Shown in pieces: positions 21,058-31,768 of a DNA stretch of 33,615 nt. The translations under genes were made by a program, and so were the position numbers. Positions within the stretch are counted from its first letter, which is position 1; each line of letters begins with the position of its first letter. The notes under the pieces were generated by a model. It made no database searches and was not told the DNA's origin. It saw only the letters and a list, made by a program, of their open reading frames with translations. Origin of the DNA: Candidatus Poribacteria bacterium (GTDB taxonomy: Bacteria > Poribacteria > WGA-4E > UBA9662); assembly GCA_046582655.1 (NCBI GenBank), contig JAYGDX010000298.1:1-33615 (forward strand). The letters run 5' to 3'.

Positions 21058-21085
21058 TACATTTTACAAAATACAAAACAAATTT

Positions 21086-21988
21086 ATGAACAATCAAGAA
21101 GGACAACGATTCTTAAATCCATCGATTTTGGCAAATATCGGCAGCTTAGAATTGGTGGCAAAATTTGTGGTTGAAGGTTTTATCTCAGGCCTCCACAAAA
21201 GTCCCTATCACGGATTCAGCGTCGAATTTTCTCAATATCGGCAATATATACCCGGCGACGATCCTAAACACATCGACTGGAAGATCTACGGTCGTACAGA
21301 CCGATACTACATCAAACAGTTCGAAGAAGAGACAAATCTGAACTGTCATATTCTGCTCGATACCAGCGAGTCAATGACATATGGATCAGGTGATCTAACC
21401 AAGCTAGAATATGCGTCCTTTTTAATTGCCTCACTATCGTACTTCATGATTAAACAGCGAGATGCCGTCGGCTTTACTCATTTTGATGAGACAATCCAGG
21501 GGTATCTACCTGCCCGCAACACACCGGCACACCTCCACTCAATTCTGCTGATGCTTGAAAAAATAAAAACAAATAAGCTGACTCGGCTATCACAACCACT
21601 TCACCGTATTGCAGAACGGCTGACAAAACGTGGCTTGGTCATTCTAATATCGGATCTGTATGATGAGAACCCGGATCAGGTTCTCAAGGCGTTGGAACAT
21701 TTCCGCTATGATGGACACGAAGTCATTCTATTTCACGTTTTAGATCATCAGGAATTAGAGTTTGAATTCAATCAAGTCTCCCGTTTTATTGATTCAGAAA
21801 CCGATGAGGAAATAGTGACAACACCATCTGCTATTCGTGAAAACTACCAGCAGTCTCTACAAGATTTTATCAATCATTATAAATCAGCCACTGGAAAATC
21901 CAATATCGATTATAACACGATTGACACTTCAACTCCACTGGATTTCGCTCTGACATCCTATTTAGCTAAGCGAGAAGGTTTGATGTAA
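21086..21988 (+). CDS. DUF58 domain protein (MoxR-associated, VWA-like)
   Basis: GLHKSPYHGFSVEFSQYRQYIPGDDPKHIDWK, IKQFEEET, LLDTSESM, VILISDL. Confidence 0.92.
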   Translation: MNNQEGQRFLNPSILANIGSLELVAKFVVEGFISGLHKSPYHGFSVEFSQYRQYIPGDDPKHIDWKIYGRTDRYYIKQFEEETNLNCHILLDTSESMTYGSGDLTKLEYASFLIASLSYFMIKQRDAVGFTHFDETIQGYLPARNTPAHLHSILLMLEKIKTNKLTRLSQPLHRIAERLTKRGLVILISDLYDENPDQVLKALEHFRYDGHEVILFHVLDHQELEFEFNQVSRFIDSETDEEIVTTPSAIRENYQQSLQDFINHYKSATGKSNIDYNTIDTSTPLDFALTSYLAKREGLM

Positions 21989-24066
21989 TGCAGTTCCTGA
22001 CTCCGTTTTTTATCTTTGCCGGTGTTCTGAGTGCAACGGTACCGCTCATCATTCACTTACTCAACCGAGAGCGGGCGCAACGACTTGTGTTCAGCACCAT
22101 TCGTTTCATCAGAATGTCAAGTCAAGCTAACATCCAAAAGCACAAGCTAAAGAAATTGATACTTTTAATTATACGAATGCTTATCCTAGGCCTGCTTGGA
22201 TTTGCGTTTGCAAGACCATTTTTTGCTAACCAACTGGCTGTAACGGGAAACGCAGGTGGACATCGCCACGTTGTTTTGATTCTTGATAATTCATTCAGCA
22301 TGAGCTATCGTAATTCACTTGACCGGGGTAAACAATTAGCTATAGCCGTTGTTGATCAACTCAGACCAAGCGACAGAGCGACTTTAATAAAAGTATCCAA
22401 CGCCACCCAAACAGCTAAACCTCTGGATACAGAGCATGATTTGCTGCGAACAGCAATTGATTCCGTCAGTTTAACCAATCATACCACCGATTTCTTGAAT
22501 GCGATTCAATCTGCTGATGAATTGCTTCAAGAAGTAAAAATCGGGCAAAAAGAAATTGTGCTGATCAGCGATCTGCAAACACTGGGTTGGGAACGTTTTA
22601 TTGAAACAGATCAATTAAGTCCAAATGTTACTATTAGGTTTAAAGATTTACATCCTGAAGATACCCATAACCTGGCAATTTCAGACATTAAAGTTCCATC
22701 AATTGTGTTAATGGATCAACGTCGGCTTGAAGTTATTGTTCGCGTTGCCAATTTCGGTAATCGTGATTTTGAGAAGGTACCGCTAAACCTCTTTATCAAC
22801 CAGAAACTAATAGAAACCAAGCTTATTGACGTGGCGACTCACGATATCACAGATGTATGGTTCCAAGTTCCCCTCACAGATCATACTAAACAATATGGGT
22901 ACGCTGAACTGCCAGATGACCCCATCATGATCGATAATCGACGCTATTTTCAATTTGAAGGCCGTCAAACAATTGAAGTTTATTGTCTAAACGGTGAGCC
23001 TAACCGCGATTCACGCAATAACGAAATCTTTTATTTGCAGAAGGCAACCCAAGCGCTTCAAAAGATAGTTCCTATACGTTTCAAAAGTGTAAGCCACTTT
23101 CTTTCTCCCGATCAGATGAAAGATGCAGATCTCATCATTCTCGCAAACGTTGGAAACCTAACAGAGAAAATGGCAAAGGACTTGAAATCTTTTGTCAAAT
23201 CTGGCGGGTCACTTTTCATCACAGGCGGAGATCAACTGGACTTGGATAATTACACGCTGATGCTTGGAACAGACAGGGATTCACTTCTGCCTTGCCATTT
23301 GGTTGCTTTCGTTGGCGACGCAGCGGACCGCGATCAGTACCGTATTATTGCTAATCTCGACTACAACCATCCAATATTCCAACCTTTTAAAAACCCGAAC
23401 CATGGCGATTTCAGCACCAGCCGATTTTACCGTTATATTCAGGCTATTCCGAATGATGATGCAAGAATCCTAGCACGTTTTGATGATCAAAATCCAACAC
23501 TCATTGAAAAGGAATACGGTCAGGGACGCATCCTCTGTTTTACATCATCGATTGATCGCGAGTGGACTGATATGCCAATCCACGCCGTTTACCTACCATT
23601 CCTGCACGAAGCAATCAAGTATCTCGCACTAAATCAATCAACTCAAGCTACAAACTATCTAGTTGGTGACGTTGTAGAACTCAACAATTACAACCTGCCA
23701 GCAAACACGGAAGTAGCTATCTTTAATCCGCAAGGGCATGAAACCCGGCTAAAAATCAATGAGCTTGGTTCCGCTCTATATAGCGATACAGAATTAACCG
23801 GTATCTACTCAGTACATGCTTCAGGCGCAGAAAATCGTAAATTCTGCGTCAATCCTGACTCACGGGAGTCCAACCTGACATCAAAGAACGCTGAGGAGTT
23901 AACGTCAATGCTCACCAATCCCAACCAGCAACCAACAGAAATATCAAAGGAAATGATCATCACATACCAAGAAAACACCGAGAAGAATCAGAGTCTATGG
24001 TGGTATGCGATGCTCACTCTTTTCGCCCTAACAATCGGTGAAATGTTCTTGGCGAATCGAGTATAA
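21988..24066 (+). CDS. BatA N-terminal + VWA domain membrane protein with Ig-like and GATase-like regions
   Basis: PLIIHLLNR, FAFARP, MIDAS motif LILDNSFSM, LISD, DNRRY, GGSLFITGG and a C-terminal TM helix. TAATG coupling to DUF58. Confidence 0.85.
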   Translation: MQFLTPFFIFAGVLSATVPLIIHLLNRERAQRLVFSTIRFIRMSSQANIQKHKLKKLILLIIRMLILGLLGFAFARPFFANQLAVTGNAGGHRHVVLILDNSFSMSYRNSLDRGKQLAIAVVDQLRPSDRATLIKVSNATQTAKPLDTEHDLLRTAIDSVSLTNHTTDFLNAIQSADELLQEVKIGQKEIVLISDLQTLGWERFIETDQLSPNVTIRFKDLHPEDTHNLAISDIKVPSIVLMDQRRLEVIVRVANFGNRDFEKVPLNLFINQKLIETKLIDVATHDITDVWFQVPLTDHTKQYGYAELPDDPIMIDNRRYFQFEGRQTIEVYCLNGEPNRDSRNNEIFYLQKATQALQKIVPIRFKSVSHFLSPDQMKDADLIILANVGNLTEKMAKDLKSFVKSGGSLFITGGDQLDLDNYTLMLGTDRDSLLPCHLVAFVGDAADRDQYRIIANLDYNHPIFQPFKNPNHGDFSTSRFYRYIQAIPNDDARILARFDDQNPTLIEKEYGQGRILCFTSSIDREWTDMPIHAVYLPFLHEAIKYLALNQSTQATNYLVGDVVELNNYNLPANTEVAIFNPQGHETRLKINELGSALYSDTELTGIYSVHASGAENRKFCVNPDSRESNLTSKNAEELTSMLTNPNQQPTEISKEMIITYQENTEKNQSLWWYAMLTLFALTIGEMFLANRV

Positions 24067-24104
24067 TTTGATGATGCCACTACTCTTCAAAAGAAAGGTA
24101 AATT

Positions 24105-25931
24105 ATGTCTGCCCACTTCACCCAAATCAGCGATCATTTGTTCGTACATCATGGTTGTGTGAATGTCGGAATTATACGTAATGGCAACCTAGCAATGCTT
24201 ATCGATTGTGGCGACAAAAGCGTCCGAACAACACTCAATGAGCTGGACATAACCAGGATTGGAACAGCATTGTTCACACATCATCATCGCGATAACGTGG
24301 CGGGCATTACTGATGTCGCTGATGCAGAAACCGAAATCAGCGTACCGGAATCGGAACGCCAATACTTTGAAAATGTTGAGAGTTTCTGGTCAGATCCTAA
24401 GCATCGCTGGCATCTGTACAATTATCATCCACATAACTTAATGCTGGCTAAATCAATTACGATAGCTAAGACATACACAAATGGGAATCATATAACTTTT
24501 GGGGATGCAAAGATTACCGTGATAGAAACTCCAGGACATACGGACGCAAGCGTATCTTACCTAATCGAAGTTGATGGCAATCGCGTCATTTTCTCAGGAG
24601 ATTTAATTTACGATACAGGTCAGATCTGGGATTTATATTCTCTACAAAAGGGAGATTGGGGTACTGATTATCACGGTTTTCTTGGTGACCGGAAACGTCT
24701 TGCCACTAGTTTGGGTCTGCTTAAAGACAGAAATCCAAGTTTGTTGATACCAACACATGGAAATATCATTTCTAACCCATTACCGGCAATCGATACTTTA
24801 ATGAAACGCATTGATCTCTGTTATGATCAGTATCTTGCTATTTCTGCGCTACGTCACTATGCGCCTGACTTCTTCCCATATTACGAGGACAGAAATGACC
24901 ACATGCCGATTCGTTCAGGAAAGGAGGTACCCTCTTTTCTGAGACACTTCGGTACCACGTGGATCATTATTTCGGAAAATCGTCAAGCGTTTGTGATGGA
25001 TTGCGGTAACGTGCAAGTAATCCAAGAGATCGAGAAACTGCAGGACCTAGGTGAAATTTCGGAAATCACCGAACTTTGGGTGACACATTACCACGACGAT
25101 CATGTCGATGCAATTCCAGATTTCCAGAATAGATTCCCCTGTAAAACCCGAACAGACTCAATAGTTGCTCAGGTTATCGAAAGTCCAGAAGCTTACCGGA
25201 TTCCCTGCATCTCACCAGTTGTTGTTAATGTCGATCATCGAACTGAAGATAGGGAATCATGGGAGTGGAACGAATTTAAGATGACAGCTTTCCATTTTCC
25301 AGGACAAACCTATTATCACGGCGGTCTGCTTGTGGAAGGACAGGGCGTCAAGTTATTTTTCTCCGGTGATTCATTTACTATGTCAGGGATTGATGACTAC
25401 TGCTCTGGAAACCGAAATTGGCTTGGAAATGACACTGGCTATGACCGATGTCTTCGTCTTATGGCCGAATTGAAACCCTCACATATTTTTAATTGCCACG
25501 TTAATTGTGCTTTTGATTTTACCGATCAGCAAATAGAGTTGATGTTGTCTAACCTCTCTGAAAGAGAAATACTATACCAGCAACTATTTCCTTGGGATCA
25601 TCCCAACTACGGCATGGATGAACACTGGGTATCCTGTTACCCTTATGAACAACAAGTTTCATCCGGCGAACGAGTGAATCTCGAGGTAAAATTTACCAAC
25701 CATTCAAACGAACCACGAATAGCAACCTGTCGACCCTCTTTGCCCAAATCGTGGCGAACAGTTGTCGCCGATCAGTCGGTGAAAATCCAACCCCATACAA
25801 CCAGAGAAATATGCTTTCTCATAGACATCCCGCAAGATATCCAAAAGAACAAACGAATTGTAATTCCGGTTGACATCTCATACAACGGCAGGTCACTCGG
25901 ACAATTTCGCGAAGCAATATTCGCTACTTAA
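24105..25931 (+). CDS. Tandem metallo-beta-lactamase-fold hydrolase with C-terminal Ig-like domain
   Basis: Domain 1: IDCG, THHHRDN, TPGHT, FSGD, PTHG. Domain 2: MDCG, THYHDDH, FPGQT, FSGD, NCH. AAAGGT RBS. Confidence 0.85.
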   Translation: MSAHFTQISDHLFVHHGCVNVGIIRNGNLAMLIDCGDKSVRTTLNELDITRIGTALFTHHHRDNVAGITDVADAETEISVPESERQYFENVESFWSDPKHRWHLYNYHPHNLMLAKSITIAKTYTNGNHITFGDAKITVIETPGHTDASVSYLIEVDGNRVIFSGDLIYDTGQIWDLYSLQKGDWGTDYHGFLGDRKRLATSLGLLKDRNPSLLIPTHGNIISNPLPAIDTLMKRIDLCYDQYLAISALRHYAPDFFPYYEDRNDHMPIRSGKEVPSFLRHFGTTWIIISENRQAFVMDCGNVQVIQEIEKLQDLGEISEITELWVTHYHDDHVDAIPDFQNRFPCKTRTDSIVAQVIESPEAYRIPCISPVVVNVDHRTEDRESWEWNEFKMTAFHFPGQTYYHGGLLVEGQGVKLFFSGDSFTMSGIDDYCSGNRNWLGNDTGYDRCLRLMAELKPSHIFNCHVNCAFDFTDQQIELMLSNLSEREILYQQLFPWDHPNYGMDEHWVSCYPYEQQVSSGERVNLEVKFTNHSNEPRIATCRPSLPKSWRTVVADQSVKIQPHTTREICFLIDIPQDIQKNKRIVIPVDISYNGRSLGQFREAIFAT

Positions 25932-25935
25932 ATCA

Positions 25936-28875
25936 ATGATTAAGAGTAATATTATTCTAGTTAAAGGTAACGTGCCTACACCAATTGAGGACGAGATCCG
26001 GCAACGCGTCAGGCAGAGAAACGCAAATATATGCCAACTAATTGTTCCCTCCCAAGAAGCAGTGCAGAAGTTGCATCATTATCTCCTGAGTTACGCGCCA
26101 AACAACGCAGCAACAAATTACCGGATTAACTCTCTCGAAAATTTCACTCGACGCGTTTACCAATCTTTGAACAGCAAACGAAAGTTAATTTCACCCGAGT
26201 TGCAAAGTCTTTTCTTCTTTCACATCCTTCAACAAAACCCAATTACACCCTTTCAATCAAGATGGGATTCGCTTGGTATAATACCACCAACTGGTACCAT
26301 TGCACACCTGTCTAAAGCAATTGCAAAGCTCAAAGCAAACGCGGTTTTGCCGGAAACCCCGAGAACTAGCGACAAAACGGGAAATGGTTTAAATAGTATT
26401 ACAACTGTATACAAAGCGTACCAAGACCAATTGGGAGAAACGTACATAGATCAACCAAGCATACATGCTGCTGTTTCAGATACTTTCTCCCAAGTAAACA
26501 GTGAATCTGTGAACAAGCAATTGAAACCATATTTCCAAGGCATCGACCTAGTTGTGGTGATGGGATTCGAGACATTTTCACCCATTTATCTTGAAACATT
26601 AATCAGTCTTAGTAATCTGCCGGGAATATCAATTGCAATCCTGTTAGACATTTTTCTTGAGAACAAAGAACTCTTTGGTCACGTAAAAAAGTGCTATAAG
26701 CAACTTCTCGCCGCTGGGTTCGATGAAAAATTATGTCCAACCCCAGATCAGAAGACCCAATTTTCATGTTACCTGTTTAACAACTGTAAAGTGGCCAAAC
26801 GCAATTTGACTCATCAAATCACATTCATTCCAACCAAGGATCGAATTAGCGAAGTAGAACTTATGGCAAAAAAAATTAAGCAGATGAGGTTAGCTCAGCC
26901 AGGTCTGCAACTTGATCAAGTATGCATTACATTCTACCAACTACCGATCTATGCTCCCCTTATTCGTGAAATATTTCCAATCTACGGGATTCCTTTTACC
27001 CTTGAATTTGCAGCAGAACTTGCAAATTCACCTATTGTCGTTAATATCATCAGTTTGCTTGAGAGTCAGGAAGTTGAGTCCATCACGCCTGAAGAATTTC
27101 GGACACTCCTTAACACTCTTATACAAGAGAATAATATCGCTCAAAATCTGATTCAGAACACCTTAGATCAAAATCAGAACCCAATCCTTGAGCAGGAAAC
27201 AGCTGCGTACCAGCAGTTACTACACCTGATAGATGAACTAACTGAATTTTTCGTTGACGTTGATAGTTCAGACTGTCGGTATTCCCTCGACCACTATATT
27301 AACTCACTCCGGTTAATGGTATCTCAATCTACGTGTTCACTGAAGAATACAGGCAAAGGTGGCGTACAAATTTTACCAATTGTTCAAACCAAAATGCTTG
27401 ATTTTGAAGTTGTATTTTTAGGAGGTTTGGTAGATGGAGAATTTCCTGAAACGTTTCGTCCCAATCCATTTTTACCGCCACAACATGCTGGCACCGAATA
27501 TGACCATCTGCGAGAGGACCGATTCCTATTTTATCAGACGCTAAAGATATTTCGTCATCATCTGTACCTGACATCTCCACAACACGATGGCCAACTGGAA
27601 CTTGTTCGATCTTCCTTTGTAGATGAATTGCTACGTATAGCAGAAATTAATATTTCGGGAGATTTTGAAAGCGATATTATTTACAGCAAAGAGCAACTGG
27701 TTAAGTATATCGGACAAAAAATCTACAGCGGCCGCGAAATTGCTACAGATTCCTTTCCAATTCCCTCCGAAGAAATCAAACGGATAATACATCATGTCAG
27801 TGTTGAGATGAGTCGCAGTCAAACTCACACAAAGTTGGAATACGAAGGTTCAATTATTCCTGAGTTATTGGAACCTGAGGATCAGTTAGAATTAGCGCAA
27901 AGTAAACATAAATTATATTCAATTACACAATTGGAAATGTACGGTAAATGCCCATTTCAGTATTTTGCCACCAATGTGCTTAAATTACGCCAACCTGAAG
28001 ACGAGGAAGAACAGTTTCCCAGTCTTGAAAAGGGAGATTTACTTCATCGTATTCTTTACGAGTACTTTGATCAACGTCGAGGTCGACATCAAATTTCAAA
28101 TTGTGATGACCAGGAATTTGCTGCAGAATTAGAGGATCTACTAACCATTGCACAAAATCATTTAAATAAATTACCGTATTCTGGTTTGTTCTGGGAAATT
28201 GAAAAAGAAAGAATTTTGGGAGACGAAATTCGAGAAGGAATTTTACCAAGATTCTTAACACAGGAACGGAATCGCTGTTTAGAGGTCAAACCGAAGTTTT
28301 TTGAAGCTGCCTTCGGTCAGATTGGAAGAGGTCAAGATTTCGCGGATCGTGAACTGGTGAGTCCAGAATCCATTCAAATCGGTGATGTCAATCTATTTGG
28401 AAAAATAGACCGCATTGAACTAGGAGAAGATATCTTTGTTATTGGTGATTATAAAACAGGCAAACAAATCCCCCGAATTACAGATATTGTTGAAGGCCGC
28501 AGCCTGCAACTCCCCATTTATCTTGCTGTCACCAAAGTACTACTGGAACAAAAAGGATTTGACAGCTACAAAGGCGTAGCAGGTGTTTACTACATTCTAG
28601 ACGAAGACGGGAAGGCACAACTTGGATGCGGAGATCAGGAATTTCGGGATATTGCCTTCGATTTGCCAAGAGTAACAGACCAACTCATCCCTAACCGCCA
28701 ATACCGAGACATCCATAACCTTGATGATCTCGTCAGCATATCGACCAATTATGTCACTGACTATGTACAGGAAATAGCGAGCGGAAAATTCCCAGTAACA
28801 CGCCATGAGAAAAAAGATTTCTGCCGGCATTGCTCGTTTAAACAGGTTTGCCGAATTGGTGCAATTGAGATGTGA
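25936..28875 (+). CDS. AddB/RexB-like helicase-nuclease subunit with PD-(D/E)XK nuclease and Fe-S staple
   Basis: YSITQLEMYGKCPFQYF, GDLLHRIL, GKIDRIE, DYKTG, LQLPIY, CRHCSFKQVCR. Start ATG 25936 is preferred because it avoids overlap with the MBL gene. Confidence 0.85.
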   Translation: MIKSNIILVKGNVPTPIEDEIRQRVRQRNANICQLIVPSQEAVQKLHHYLLSYAPNNAATNYRINSLENFTRRVYQSLNSKRKLISPELQSLFFFHILQQNPITPFQSRWDSLGIIPPTGTIAHLSKAIAKLKANAVLPETPRTSDKTGNGLNSITTVYKAYQDQLGETYIDQPSIHAAVSDTFSQVNSESVNKQLKPYFQGIDLVVVMGFETFSPIYLETLISLSNLPGISIAILLDIFLENKELFGHVKKCYKQLLAAGFDEKLCPTPDQKTQFSCYLFNNCKVAKRNLTHQITFIPTKDRISEVELMAKKIKQMRLAQPGLQLDQVCITFYQLPIYAPLIREIFPIYGIPFTLEFAAELANSPIVVNIISLLESQEVESITPEEFRTLLNTLIQENNIAQNLIQNTLDQNQNPILEQETAAYQQLLHLIDELTEFFVDVDSSDCRYSLDHYINSLRLMVSQSTCSLKNTGKGGVQILPIVQTKMLDFEVVFLGGLVDGEFPETFRPNPFLPPQHAGTEYDHLREDRFLFYQTLKIFRHHLYLTSPQHDGQLELVRSSFVDELLRIAEINISGDFESDIIYSKEQLVKYIGQKIYSGREIATDSFPIPSEEIKRIIHHVSVEMSRSQTHTKLEYEGSIIPELLEPEDQLELAQSKHKLYSITQLEMYGKCPFQYFATNVLKLRQPEDEEEQFPSLEKGDLLHRILYEYFDQRRGRHQISNCDDQEFAAELEDLLTIAQNHLNKLPYSGLFWEIEKERILGDEIREGILPRFLTQERNRCLEVKPKFFEAAFGQIGRGQDFADRELVSPESIQIGDVNLFGKIDRIELGEDIFVIGDYKTGKQIPRITDIVEGRSLQLPIYLAVTKVLLEQKGFDSYKGVAGVYYILDEDGKAQLGCGDQEFRDIAFDLPRVTDQLIPNRQYRDIHNLDDLVSISTNYVTDYVQEIASGKFPVTRHEKKDFCRHCSFKQVCRIGAIEM

Positions 28876-28914
28876 GGGATCTCAGGCAATATGAGACCAG
28901 TTTTTATGATAGAA

Positions 28915-30216
28915 TCAAACAGATTCTGAGTTATCCAAACGGCTAGATTCAACTTGAATCCGATGAATCCTCCGATTGTCTGCTTCAAGGATCGTAAACG
29001 TCAAATTGTGCGAGGAAAAATCCGTTCCGATGACAGGCACCTCGCCCAAGTGATTTACAATGAATCCCCCAACCGTATCCACATTTTCAACCTCAATCTC
29101 AATACCGAACTGGGTATTAAAGTCATCAACCCCCATACGTGCGTCGACAGAAAAAAGGTGATCACCAACCTGAGTGCATTCCATCTGCTCGTCCAGATCG
29201 TACTCATCCTGAATCTCGCCAACAACTTCTTCGATGATGTCTTCCAGAGTAACCATTCCAGCAGTTCCTCCATATTCATCCACCACAATTGCAATGTGTT
29301 GCTTATTAGCTTGCAAGTCTTGAAACAGATCCCAAATCTTTTTGGTTTCTGGGGCAAAGAATGGCGGATGGTTGGCAATGAGCGATTTAATGTCAACAGG
29401 CTGATCTTCAGCCAGATAATCCAAGATCCCTTTGACGGGCAAGACACCTATGACATGATCAACGTTTTCCTCATAAACAGGGATTCTTGAATGCCGCGAC
29501 TCAATTGCTATCTGTAGAATCTCTTCCTGTTCTGAAGACACATCCAAACATACCATATCGGTTCGCGCAATCATGATTTCTCGGGTTACTTTGTCAGGAA
29601 GATCAAGGATACGAGAGATCATCTCTCGCTCATCCGGTTCAAGGATTTCACTACTGTCGCCTACATTTTCAATCGCCTGTAATACTTCCGATGAGACAAA
29701 CTGATGATCGCTATCAACAATACCACCAATGGCACGCGTGCCGAAATATGCAAGGACTGACAAAATAACGGTAAGGGGAAAGAAAATGACATAAATAACA
29801 CGGAGGATCAGGAGAATCTGGGGAATTGATTTGCTTACACTGCCGAGAGCGTAGTTCCTTGGAATTAATTCCGTAAACAGAATGATCACCAAACCGCTAG
29901 CTATCAAACTGATGGCACAAGTTTTCCAGGAATCAAAACCAACCAACAACATGAAAACAAAAACAATACCCAGAATAGACACACATTTCAAAATGGCTAT
30001 TGTTGCAATATACTGCCTCGGTTTTTGCAGAAGAGAGCGTAGAGAATGGTACGCTCTTCCACCAGCCTCGGCAACTTCTAATATATCATTTTTCGTCAAG
30101 CGCTTCAAAGTTGTATCAACTACGGAGGAAAAGAAAGCAATAATTGATAAAAGGACTAGTGATACAACCTGAGAAATTTGCAGGATACTACTTGGATCGT
30201 CCAAGTTGGGAGTCAC
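28915..30216 (-). CDS. HlyC/CorC-family (CNNM, CBS pair, CorC) membrane protein
   Basis: N-terminal TM helices with FTELIPR; HSRIPVYEE, HIAIVVDEYGGTAGMVTLEDIIEEVVGEIQDEYD and DTVGGF. Confidence 0.92.
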   Translation of the reverse strand: MTPNLDDPSSILQISQVVSLVLLSIIAFFSSVVDTTLKRLTKNDILEVAEAGGRAYHSLRSLLQKPRQYIATIAILKCVSILGIVFVFMLLVGFDSWKTCAISLIASGLVIILFTELIPRNYALGSVSKSIPQILLILRVIYVIFFPLTVILSVLAYFGTRAIGGIVDSDHQFVSSEVLQAIENVGDSSEILEPDEREMISRILDLPDKVTREIMIARTDMVCLDVSSEQEEILQIAIESRHSRIPVYEENVDHVIGVLPVKGILDYLAEDQPVDIKSLIANHPPFFAPETKKIWDLFQDLQANKQHIAIVVDEYGGTAGMVTLEDIIEEVVGEIQDEYDLDEQMECTQVGDHLFSVDARMGVDDFNTQFGIEIEVENVDTVGGFIVNHLGEVPVIGTDFSSHNLTFTILEADNRRIHRIQVESSRLDNSESV

Positions 30217-30277
30217 ACTCCTTCATACTGAGTTAAATCATTGTTCCTAAACCTATCTACCATTGTTAACAGCATGA

Positions 30278-30718
30278 TTAAATTGGTATCATGCATAAAA
30301 TTCTTTCTTGTACCTCAAACATAATCTCTTCTTCATCCTGAGTTTGATGATCATACCCAAGAAGATGAAGTACACCATGAACTGTTAACCGAGCTAATTC
30401 CACATCAAGCGTGTAATCGTTTTCATACGCTTGACGTTTAGCCGTGCCTATGGAAATAACCACATCACCAAGCAATTCTGAGTGGAGTTCTCCGTCAACC
30501 CCTTCGCGCATGGCAAAAGCCAAAACGTCAGTTGGCTTACCAATTTGGCGATAGTTAAAATTGAGCTCTTGAATCTGTGAATCATCTGTCAGCATAACGC
30601 TAACTTCACAATCCTGAACATTTTGGTCAACCAAAGTGGCTTCGGCAGCAGATCGTACAGCTGATTCATTCACAACGTGTTCTAGCGATTCGTTCCTGAT
30701 GTAAATCTGTTGTGTCAT
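30278..30718 (-). CDS. ybeY: rRNA maturation endoribonuclease YbeY
   Basis: LN..YR..GKPTDVLAF, LGDVVIS, HGVLHLLGYDH; canonical phoH-ybeY-corC order. Confidence 0.95.
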   Translation of the reverse strand: MTQQIYIRNESLEHVVNESAVRSAAEATLVDQNVQDCEVSVMLTDDSQIQELNFNYRQIGKPTDVLAFAMREGVDGELHSELLGDVVISIGTAKRQAYENDYTLDVELARLTVHGVLHLLGYDHQTQDEEEIMFEVQERILCMIPI

Positions 30719-31670
30719 GCGAGTCGTAAGCTCCTATAATACGCTGAACCAGTTCGTGACGAACGACATCTTCCTTGGAAAAGTAAACAAACTCAATTCC
30801 TTCAACATCTTTAAGCACATTTTGCGCATCGACAAGCCCCGAAACACGACTAGACGGTAAATCGGTTTGCGTGATATCGCCCGTTACAACTGCCTTTGAA
30901 CTTAATCCAAGTCGTGTGAGAAACATTTTCATCTGCTCAATTGTGGAATTTTGAGCTTCATCGAAGACAATGAACGAATCGTTAAGTGTCCGTCCGCGCA
31001 TAAAAGCTATTGGTGCAACTTCAATAACATTCTGTTCAACATACCGATCAAGTGTTTCATTCGACATCATATCGTATAGGGCGTCAAAAATCGGACGAAG
31101 ATACGGGTCTATTTTGTCGGCAATGTCTCCGGGTAAAAACCCAAGTTTCTCACCAGCTTCTACTGCTGGACGAGTCAGGATAATCCGACTAACTTCTCCA
31201 CTTTTGAAGGCCGACACTGCCATGGCCATGGCCAAGTAAGTTTTTCCCGTTCCAGCTGGCCCAATTCCAAAAACCAAATCATGGTTTTTAATTGCTTCCG
31301 TATATTTGCATTGTCCAGGTGTTCGGGGACGAACAGCCCCACGCTTGGAAAACACAGGAATTGATTCACCAATGACTTTTGGAAAATCAGTATCTAATCC
31401 CTGTCGAGAAGCACGGATAGCCGATCTTATATCGTCTTCTTCTAATCTCTGACCTCCTCGAATTAAGTGTAGTAGAGATTCAAACGTTCGACCAGCTTGA
31501 TGTATTTCATCGAAATTCCTTCCTTTAATTTCCAGGCCTTCGCTTTTAAGTAGAACTTCAACTGAAAGTTTGTCTTCGATAATTCTCAGAAAATCATCTG
31601 CATTTCCGAACAACAACTGTGCTTCAATGTTACTTTGAATTGGTACCTTCAAAATTTCTTGATTTGACAA
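30666..31670 (-). CDS. phoH: PhoH/YbeZ-family ATPase
   Basis: GPAGTGKTYLA, RPAVEAGEKLGFLPGD, FMRGRT, DEAQN, GDITQTDLP, DVVRHELVQRII. Confidence 0.95.
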   Translation of the reverse strand: MSNQEILKVPIQSNIEAQLLFGNADDFLRIIEDKLSVEVLLKSEGLEIKGRNFDEIHQAGRTFESLLHLIRGGQRLEEDDIRSAIRASRQGLDTDFPKVIGESIPVFSKRGAVRPRTPGQCKYTEAIKNHDLVFGIGPAGTGKTYLAMAMAVSAFKSGEVSRIILTRPAVEAGEKLGFLPGDIADKIDPYLRPIFDALYDMMSNETLDRYVEQNVIEVAPIAFMRGRTLNDSFIVFDEAQNSTIEQMKMFLTRLGLSSKAVVTGDITQTDLPSSRVSGLVDAQNVLKDVEGIEFVYFSKEDVVRHELVQRIIGAYDSHDTTDLHQERIARTRCE

Positions 31671-31739
31671 TACGATGCTATCCTACCCTCATCATTGCTA
31701 GTCTTCCTCAATCCAACATACAATCGCATATTCAATCAT

Positions 31740-31768
31740 ATTTTATACAAACACTCCAATAAATGCAA
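31740..31768 (-). promoter_or_regulatory. Putative sigma70 promoter of the phoH-ybeY-corC operon
   Basis: Minus strand TTGCAT-N17-TAAAAT, about 70 nt upstream of phoH. Confidence 0.55.

Noticed and set aside
25870..25935. Longer TTG start for the addB-like gene
   Set aside because: It overlaps the MBL gene by 62 nt; ATG 25936 just after the MBL stop is more plausible.
30666..30718. 53-nt phoH/ybeY overlap as a fusion or recoding signal
   Set aside because: Both proteins are complete in separate frames; a variable PhoH tail explains it.
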